Shown: positions 1 to 6,934 of the stretch, piece by piece | Layout: each line of letters opens with the position of its first letter | How positions within the stretch are numbered: position 1 is the first letter of the stretch | Origin: Octopus sinensis | Taxonomy: Eukaryota | NCBI RefSeq assembly: GCF_006345805.1 | Contig: NW_021829018.1 | Location: forward strand, 1 to 6,934 | DNA: 6,934 nucleotides | Reading direction: 5' to 3' | The notes under the pieces: generated by a model | Told to the model about the DNA's origin: nothing | Databases searched by the model: none | What the model saw: the letters and a program-made list of their open reading frames with translations, nothing else | Program-made: the position numbers and the translations under genes

Positions 1-12
1 AACCCAGGTCAA

Positions 13-245
13 CCCTTTTCCTATACTGTGTATGAAATGTGATACACAGGACATATTTCCTTGACGTCCATGTATCCTATATGATCCACATTCCCAATTT
101 TTTTCAACTACCAGAGTTCCTTGGGACTTATGAAAAGAAAGCGGGATATTATTTGGAACGTTTGAAACAAAATCTAACAAAAAGTCTGAAACTAAGCACG
201 AATGTTTAGGACAAACTTATGAAAATGATTTGGACAGGCAAAGGG
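13..245. mobile_element. Possible non-autonomous piggyBac-like (TTAA) MITE, degraded
   Basis: Left end 13-26 CCCTTTTCCTATAC versus reverse complement of right end 232-245 CCCTTTGCCTGTCC: 11/14 identical. Flanks are TCAA (9-12) and TTAA (246-249). CCC-starting TIRs with a TTAA target are the piggyBac signature. No coding capacity. Confidence 0.3.
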
Positions 246-529
246 TTAAGGACCACTAACGTAGAAGTTTCTTGGTTTGTTGTTCGATGTTTATCTGTGT
301 ATCCAGTCTTAGATATCCTGTGTTACTAATTTCCCTTCTTGGAAACGTAATCTCAGGTATTATTTATGTTGTCCCTCACAATCCAGTGTCTAAATCTGAT
401 CCAGAGATAAGCTGGAAATCTTCTGACATATATCTCATCTCTTCTGATATCTTTTCCTTTCATTCATTTAGCATTCGGACACATTTCACGGTGTTTCATT
501 CTCCGTTCCTAGCAAAACTCTCATAATTA

Positions 530-745
530 TCCTCCTCCTCCTCCTCCTCCTCTCCTCTTTCTCTTCTTCTTCTTCTTCTTCTTCTTCTTCTTCTTCTTCT
601 TTCTTCTTCTTCTTATTCCTCTTCTTCTTCTGCTTCTTCTTCTTCTCTTCTTCTTCTTCTTCTTCCTCAACCTCCTCCTCCTCCTCTTCTTCCTCCTCCC
701 CTCTTCTTCTTCTTCTTCTTCTTCTTCTTCTTCTTCTTCTTCTTC
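530..745. repeat. Compound (CCT)n/(CTT)n trinucleotide microsatellite, near-pure polypyrimidine/polypurine tract
   Basis: Read directly: CCT run, long CTT run, second CCT run (~666-700), second CTT run (~703-745). Confidence 0.97.
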
Positions 746-758
746 ACCAAACCCTTAC

Positions 759-914
759 CTTTTCCGCATTCATATATTTGCCAATGTGACTTGTCGCAAC
801 CACATTTTGAAGTGTCCTTAGAATTCTAATATTTTCTTTGCTGACAAGATTTTCACCAATTATCTTTGTCCACTTACTCAATATGGAACATGTCTCTTGG
901 GGCGGAGTTTCGAT
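759..914 (-). other. Candidate coding exon of unknown gene (unsupported by homology)
   Basis: 52 stop-free codons on the - strand (IETPPQETCSILSKWTKIIGENLVSKENIRILRTLQNVVATSHIGKYMNAEK) ending exactly at a canonical donor AAG|GTAAGG (GTAAGG = complement of 753-758). No clean in-frame acceptor, and the protein is not recognised. Confidence 0.2.
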
Positions 915-1228
915 TCAGGGATCAACGATTAACGTTCAATGATCTGTAATAATTGTCATTACAGATACATTTTGACGCTTAATGACTGAAAACAGAAAAA
1001 AAAAAAAGAAAGCTCTCTGCCGCTCTAGAAAGTTAAATTCTATCCATGGGTACCTTTTAATTTTCTCAATAATTATTTACAAAACCAAAGCAAAAAATAT
1101 CGCACATACACGTTCACACGCGCTTATTTTCTCTCCCTTTTTCTCACAGATGCATGCGCACACAGTACACAAAATTTAATTTGTGTTTATCACAAAATAA
1201 GGCATTTCAAAGAGTTATAAAAACGCGT

Positions 1229-1229
<1 letters not shown>

Positions 1230-1273
<44 letters not shown>

Positions 1274-1329
1274 TACACACACACAACACACACATCACAC
1301 ACATACACAAACACACACACACACAAGTA

Positions 1330-1377
<48 letters not shown>

Positions 1378-1379
1378 CG
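1230..1379. repeat. (CA)n followed by (ACGC)n microsatellite
   Basis: Pure (CA)n ~1230-1270, interrupted CA to ~1325, pure (ACGC)n ~1329-1379. Confidence 0.97.
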
Positions 1380-1473
1380 TGCAACTAGCTTGCATACAAT
1401 TAGGTTGAATCAACTTTCACTTGCAAGGTATTTGGTCGAAAGAAGATTACAAAGAAAAAAAAGAAAAAAACCC

Positions 1474-1555
1474 AAAACACCTGTCCGAAGTGCCGCAGAG
1501 TGGGATCGATCTCGGAACTACAATGTTCAGAAACGAACCCGTTAATTCCGTAACT
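1474..1555 (-). mobile_element. Truncated tRNA-derived SINE head with the start of a CORE-like domain
   Basis: The - strand reads ...GTAGTTCCGAGATCGATCCCACTCTGCGGCACTTCGGACAGGTGTTTT. It has a degenerate B-box/T-arm (GAGATCGATCCC versus GGTTCGANNCC), then GGCACTTCGGACAGGTGT, which resembles the start of the CORE domain (…CCTTGGGCAAGT…) as I recall it for octopus tRNA-derived SINEs. No complete cloverleaf, so it is not called a tRNA. Confidence 0.5.
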
Positions 1556-1696
1556 TAGTTTTTAAGAAGTATCTGTGGTCTTTCTCAGCCGAAACCTACA
1601 AATCTTTTCAAGTCAATCAGTGATACATTGACGGAATTTTTGTTATTAGTGTTACTTTCCTGTCCAGTGACCGGGGTTCATTGATATTTTACGCTT

Positions 1697-1835
1697 ATAC
1701 GCACACACACACAACACACACAAACGCAAAACACTCATACATACATACATACATACATATTGACACGTAATAATACGCACACGCATACACACATACATAC
1801 GCATGCACGCACTTGAACACACATGCACACACAAT
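1697..1835. repeat. Degenerate (CA)n/(TACA)n/(CACG)n microsatellite mosaic
   Basis: Read directly, e.g. (CATA)n at ~1736-1759. Confidence 0.9.
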
Positions 1836-1947
1836 ATACACAATGTTATTAAGAAAATAAGGCATTTCAAAGATTTTAAAAATCGTAATCAATGATGAAA
1901 CAAGAACAATATGAATCCGTAGTAAGCTTTATCATGCACCGAATTAA

Positions 1948-1978
1948 ACACGCACGCACACACACACACGCACGCACA
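1948..1978. repeat. Short (CACG)/(CA) microsatellite
   Basis: acacgcacgcacacacacacacgcacgcaca. Confidence 0.85.
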
Positions 1979-2044
1979 TTCTGTCGTATCTTCTGTCTCG
2001 TCCGGGTTGATTTAAAGTCTAATACCTTTAGCAGCACTTTCAAT

Positions 2045-2930
2045 TACCAACTTTGAAATTAGAAAGTACATTGATCATCAACTGTACTTGGAGAGCTTTC
2101 TTATGGTAAGCTGGAAGCAGTCATAAAATCGTTGAAGAACGGAAAGGCATCTGGTTGGGACGAAAATCCCATCTGAAATATGGAAAACGGAAATTTTATG
2201 ACATTCTTCATCGACTCTGTAATGCTATGTACCGTATAGAGAAATGGAGTAAAGGATGCATCCTCTCGTTACCAAAGAAGGGAGATCTAGACGTCACCAA
2301 ATACTACGGGGGTGGAGTGGGATTACTCTCACTACAATATCTGCCAAAGTTTACAATGCCATGTTACTCAATAGAATCAGACTGGAGACCGAAAAAAAAA
2401 TCGTGAGGGAAAACTAGAATGGCTTTCAAAAAATAGATCAACATTCGCCCAGATTTTTACAGCCTGAAGAGTTATTCAAGGAGCATGGAAGCAGTCCTCC
2501 TAATTGTTGACTTTTATAGGGCGTTTGACTCGATACAGAGAGGGAAAATGGAAGAAATACTTCTTGTAAACGGTATCCCAAAGGAAACAGTCAATGCCAT
2601 CATGATGTATATATATCTATGGGCCCCATTTATCTTTTATTACTATATATATACTCAATCTTTTATTACTATATACATCTTTTTCAATTTATAGTTCGTT
2701 CACCAGGTGGCGACACAGAGTCCTCCAGAGTGACATCTTGGCACCTTGCTTGTTCATTATATATCTGGAGTATGTTTTACGCACCTCTGTCAATGAGATG
2801 AAGGACAAAGGATTCACTTTTCAACCAGCCAAAAACAGACGTTTTCGAACTGTGACCATCACTGATGCGGACTATGCTGATGACTTGGCGCTATTAGCAG
2901 ACGAAATTTGTGATGCAGTCTTTCTTGCAC
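2045..2930 (+). mobile_element. Decayed RTE-clade LINE reverse transcriptase fragment (internal piece, multiple frameshifts and stops)
   Basis: Stitching frames gives KSLKNGKASGWD / IPSEIWK / CILSLPKKGDL / ITLTTISAKVYNAMLLNRI / REN*NGF / VDFYRAFDSIQRGKMEEILLVNGIPKETVNAIMM / VRSPGGDTE / VLQSDILAPCLFIIYLEYVLR / DADYADDLALLA. These are non-LTR RT domains 0-5, with YADD at 2873-2884. 'LPKKGDL', 'GIP' and 'VRSP.GDT' are typical of RTE elements. Confidence 0.9.
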
Positions 2931-2934
2931 AGCC

Positions 2935-3305
2935 TGTATGTATATACATACGTGCATGCATACACACATATATACATACAAATACACACACGCGCGCGCA
3001 GGCGCACACACACATATACATATATATATATATATATGTAATAAATATATACACACACTTATACACATACATATATACAAATTTGAATATACATATGTGT
3101 GTGTTTGTACGAGTGAGAGAAAGCATTTTCGGATGCGTGCGAGATTATGCTAATCAACTGTTTACCTGTGTTGCTGTGTGTGTGTGTGTTTGTATGTATG
3201 TGTGTATGTGCATATAGATGCATATGCAAACGAGCATAGGTAAATGTGCACATACACACGAGTGTTTGTGTACCTCGATACACGATTGTAGATATGTATA
3301 CACAG
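2935..3305. repeat. Alternating purine-pyrimidine microsatellite mosaic: (TACA)n, (CA)n, (CG)n, (TA)n, (TG)n
   Basis: Read directly: CA/TA-rich ~2935-3090, TG-rich ~3093-3210, mixed to ~3305. Confidence 0.9.
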
Positions 3306-3673
3306 CTAGCGGCAGAATTTTGGAACATTATGAAAAAAAGCAAGCAAGATAATTTGCAGAAGCAATGGCTTGTAGCATATTCATAAACAGTATCTAGAAT
3401 ATTTTAGCATTTCATTCAAACAGACTAACGCTGAAAAGATCGATAAAAATGTTATAGAAACCAGTAATATGAGATAGTGAACAATAAAAGATAATGTTTT
3501 GTGGGTGTTCGTTTGCTAGTGTTTTTGCATAAACTTCGAATAGATAAACAGACACACGTCCACAAACTTTGCTAAAACAATAAATCTATTAAATGTAACT
3601 CATCGCTCTCCTGCTATTACATCATTCGTATTGAATCCTTCTATCGGAAGTTTTGTCTTTGAGCCAAGAGTTT

Positions 3674-3674
<1 letters not shown>

Positions 3675-3763
<89 letters not shown>

Positions 3764-3796
3764 CATCTCTGTCTGTCTATCTATCTGTCTATCTCT
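3675..3796. repeat. (TATC)n [= (GATA)n on the - strand] tetranucleotide array, 5' flank of the Tx1-like element
   Basis: Pure CTAT units 3675-3763 (~22 units), then degenerate TGTC/TATC units up to the element junction. Confidence 0.97.
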
Positions 3797-5303
3797 TTTA
3801 ACATCATGCGTTCGGTTCGTCAAGGATTCCCCCTCTCATCGCTTCTGTATGTATTGACTCTTGAGCCACTACTATGGAAACTGGTGGCACTGAGGGGCAT
3901 CCCACGAGAGCTGGGATGCGGGAGGAGCGTGTCTGCATACGCGGACGACGTCACCGTCATAGTGTCGAGCCACAAGCACATCGACCTGGTCGGCGAGACA
4001 CTAAAAGAATACGAAGCGGTAACGGGAGCAAAAATTAACCGGGAAAAGTCAGTGGGCTTGCGGCTCGGCACCTGGAGAAGCAAGCCCATGCCGTCCAACA
4101 GCGTCTCCATCGTGGGACACTGGACCGACGGACCGGTTAAATTGCTTGGAGTCTGGTTCGGTCCGAACTTCCAAATGGAGAAGAACTGGGGCGAAATAAC
4201 GACTAGGGTGACCACTCTTACCCAGCAATGGGCTGAGAGGAATCTATCCCGAAAAGGTGTGGCGGAGGTGGCGAACGCGTACATCGCATCCGTCATCGAG
4301 TACCGTCTGACCGTCGTGCCTTGTCCCGACCCTACCATCACCAAACTGGAACGCATACTCTTCCGCTTCCTGTAGAAGGGAAGCGTTCCGATGGTTAGGC
4401 TGTCAACACTCGCTAAATGGAGGGTTAGGCATGCCGTGGTTGATGATGCGCAGACATGTGCTGAGACTGCGACATCTCCGGCGCTTCATAGACGACGGTG
4501 AATAGGTGTGGTCGCCTTTTGTGTGACGCGCTTTCCCGCAGCTCGTCTCCTTGGCCGAACTACAGTCGTGGATCAAACAGAGACCGAGGCTAGGCGAATG
4601 GCACCGCGAGTGTCGCATTGCACTCAAGCAACTCTGCCGTCCTGGGTCGACCTTGAGTGACTCCATCACAACCAAAGCATTCTCTAGGGGAGGGGAGGTA
4701 CGACGACGAGCTCGGGGCGAACCTGGACGTCGACGAGGAACACCTGACCCGCCTGTTCAGGACAACTTTCGGGCCGGGACCTATGGACAATCACAAAAGA
4801 TCCCTGACCTGGCAGTGCTATCGAGAAGCATTACCTGTTCGGAATAAGCTCTACAGGCACGGTTCGAGACACACTGGACTGACTGGCCCGAGATACGGTC
4901 AGAGCGACGAAACCGTTCTGCACACACTCGTGCAGTGTCCAACCATTTCAGACCTGTGGGCTTATGCCGAACGGCTGCTGTCACGTGTGGGACGAGTCCG
5001 CCTGTCGGCCGAGTCTATCGTGTAGATTGCTCCGCCTCCTTTCCTCAACCGGGAAGGCAAGGCAGTTTTCATCGTACTGGTGGCCATGGTGAAAGAATGT
5101 GTGTGGTGGACCCGAGCAAAAGGATTAGAGACAAACACTTACCTCTCTGGCCAATCGCTCATCAACTTTTTCAAGTACCACTTGAAAAGGAAAGTGAGAA
5201 TGGAGAGCAGGTTTTGTCTCGCGAAAGTTTCAAAAAAAGGTAGGTGAATGTAGCAAAGATGGTGCGTGCGAGGGACGAAACCACTTTGAGCATGATCCTG
5301 TAA
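3797..5303 (+). pseudogene. Disrupted ORF2 (pol) remnant of the Tx1-like element
   Basis: Premature stops: TAG 4373-4375, TAG 4503-4505, TGA 4524-4526, TAG 5023-5025, TAG 5241-5243. Frame changes near 4400, 4692 and ~5205. The track ORFs 3653-4375, 4551-4847, 4657-5025 and 4935-5243 are pieces of it. Confidence 0.88.
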
Positions 5304-5599
5304 ATCGTAAAAGAGAGAGAGAGATCACTTTGCTCTCATGTGTTTATTTCCTCCCTGACTGAGGTTACCGTGGTCTTTTCTGTAGGTTTTTCTTCCCACG
5401 GATGAACCTAATCTTGTTTCTTATTGTTAAAAAAATTTGTTTCTGTGATACACGATCCCTTTTGATCGCTTTTTTTCCCCGATCCCTTTTGATCGGAATT
5501 TTACGTTTGTTTCCTTTTTGTTACCTTTTCTTTTCCATCTTCGAAAAGAAAAGCTCTACATTTTTATTTGTCTCCTCTGTATTTCAGCCCTGTGTGACC

Positions 5600-5605
5600 A
5601 ATAAA
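5600..5605 (+). promoter_or_regulatory. Polyadenylation signal AATAAA at the 3' end of the Tx1-like element
   Basis: CC-AATAAA-GAAAGTT immediately before the TATC/TGTC repeat, ~300 nt after the ORF2 stop. Confidence 0.6.
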
Positions 5606-5611
5606 GAAAGT

Positions 5612-5745
<134 letters not shown>

Positions 5746-5854
5746 CTCTGCATGCGTGTCTCATTCTATCTATCTACATATATATGTTCATGAAGTTTAG
5801 TTGAAGAGTGATATCACTAGAGTCATAGCAAAATAAGGAAAGAAAACGCGGCAG

Positions 5855-5995
5855 GGAGAGTGAGTGAGAGATAGATAGATAGATAGATATAGAAGAGAGA
5901 GAGGGGGGAGATAAGGAGAATGAAAGAGAGAGATTGTATGTGTATATATGTGTATGTCTATGTGTCGCTGTGTATGTGTCTATGTGTAAGTGTGT
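5855..5995. repeat. (GA)n/(GATA)n/(TG)n/(TATG)n microsatellite mosaic
   Basis: Read directly. (GATA)n at ~5869-5890 is in the opposite orientation to the (TATC)n arrays. Confidence 0.85.
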
Positions 5996-6089
5996 CAAAC
6001 TACAATATCTTGATTTTATTGTGCATAATTAATTAATTACATTATCGTCCCATGACAGTTGAATGTTGTCAATGTAGTAAACTGGCATA

Positions 6090-6730
6090 CCATCGCCACT
6101 GCCATCACCACCGCCACCGCCACCTTCTCTCCCACTAACCCCACACCCTCATCATTGCCACTACGCTGCGGACCGCTACCAATATCACAAACACTTCTAC
6201 AACTTGAACAACCACTACGATACCAACCACCACAACCACCACTGCCTCTGCTTCGTCCTCCACCGCCGCCGCCGCCACCACTACCACTACTACTATCACC
6301 ACCACCAAATCCACCACCACCAAATCCACCACCACCACCACCACCAAACCACCACCACCACCACCACCACCACCACCCTCCACCGCCACCGCCGCCTCCG
6401 TCACCACCACCACCTACACTGTAGCTGTCATACTCAAAATTATCGTCATCGTTATCTCATTACATCGCTACCATCACCACTATCGATGGCATATTAATCT
6501 ATAAGCATCCTCCCCATCACAAGCACGCCAGACCACCACCACCACCGCCGCCGCCGCCACCGACACCGCCGCCGCCGCCATCGGCGCCACCGGCACCACC
6601 ACCACACCACAATCACCGACACCATCAATGTTGTAAACCTTCATCAACATTATCATCGTCATCATCATCATCATCCTCGTCATCCAATCCACTCCATATG
6701 CCACCCATCTTAACCATCATCATAACCATC
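6090..6730. repeat. Cryptic trinucleotide low-complexity region (CCA)n/(CCG)n/(CTA)n/(CAT)n
   Basis: Read directly. It produces poly-Pro/His/Thr ORFs on + and poly-Val/Gly/Ala ORFs on -, as expected for such repeats. Confidence 0.92.
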
Positions 6731-6768
6731 AGATGTTTTCCATAAATAATAGTTTTGTAAAGCGTCTA

Positions 6769-6842
6769 CTTTTCTTTCTTGCTTTCTTTCTTTTCTCTCT
6801 TTCTCATTTTTCATTCCTTTTTCTTCTCATCTCTATTCTCTC
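6769..6842. repeat. Polypyrimidine (CTTT/CT) low-complexity tract
   Basis: ttttctttcttgctttctttcttttctctctttctc... Confidence 0.8.
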
Positions 6843-6855
6843 ATAAAAGAGTTAC

Positions 6856-6930
<75 letters not shown>

Positions 6931-6934
6931 ATCT
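6856..6934. repeat. Third (TATC)n array, running to the window edge
   Basis: Pure CTAT units 6856-6930 (~18 units). Confidence 0.97.

Noticed and set aside
272-526. 84-aa + strand ORF
   Set aside because: TTG start, no recognisable domain, and a length expected by chance.
942-966. 9-bp hairpin ATCTGTAAT/ATTACAGAT
   Set aside because: Isolated AT-rich inverted repeat with no associated feature, likely chance.
1125-1152. Strong-looking + strand splice acceptor (polypyrimidine tract + CAG at 1147-1149, then ATG)
   Set aside because: Followed only by AT-rich sequence and a (CA)n microsatellite, with no donor or coding signal. Pyrimidine tracts are common here.
1474-1555. Functional tRNA gene
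   Set aside because: Only a degenerate T-arm/B-box is visible. There is no full cloverleaf or acceptor stem, so it fits a SINE remnant better.
1154-3343. ORFs rich in HT/CV/YI/AR dipeptides (1154-1408, 1207-1413, 1652-1870, 1695-1892, 2859-3080, 2872-3126, 2938-3153, 3059-3343)
   Set aside because: Translations of dinucleotide and tetranucleotide microsatellites.
3820-4356. 178-aa antisense ORF inside the Tx1 RT
   Set aside because: Shadow ORF on the reverse strand of a GC-rich coding sequence, with no recognisable motifs.
3653-4375. 240-aa ORF (SIYL repeats fused to RT) as an intact gene
   Set aside because: It starts at a TTG and reads through (TATC)n, which has no stop in any + frame. 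The RT part is a truncated pseudogene piece ending at a Trp-to-stop TAG.
4373-5243. APOBEC-like G-to-A hypermutation (TGG to TAG at 4373 and 5241)
   Set aside because: Only two cases, while about a dozen other Trp codons are intact. The other stops arise from different changes.
5776-5818. Short palindromes ACATATATATGT and AGTGATATCACT
   Set aside because: 12-bp palindromes in low-complexity AT-rich DNA, with no supporting context.
6059-6704. Pro/His/Thr-rich and Val/Gly/Ala-rich ORFs as structural proteins (e.g. His-rich beak or Gly-rich proteins)
   Set aside because: Overlapping ORFs in several frames on both strands mirror the triplet repeat. No signal peptide, modular motif or splice support.

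Overview
Eukaryotic, AT-rich, microsatellite-dense non-coding DNA with no intact host gene, RNA gene or CRISPR array. The mix of (CA)n, (TACA)n, (TATC)n, (CTT)n and (CCA)n repeats and the retroelement types resembles octopus/cephalopod genomes (inference from recall, not a database hit). Two decayed non-LTR retrotransposons lie on the + strand. The first is an internal RTE-clade reverse transcriptase fragment (~2045-2930). The second is a 5'-truncated L1/Tx1-clade element (~3797-5612) that keeps RT, the C-terminal region, a hairpin-rich 3' UTR and AATAAA, and is flanked on both sides by (TATC)n arrays. There is also a tRNA-derived SINE head on the - strand (~1474-1555) and a possible piggyBac-type MITE (13-245). 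Most ORFs in the track are repeat artefacts. The best lead is a possible Tx1 family that targets (TATC)n/(GATA)n microsatellites.
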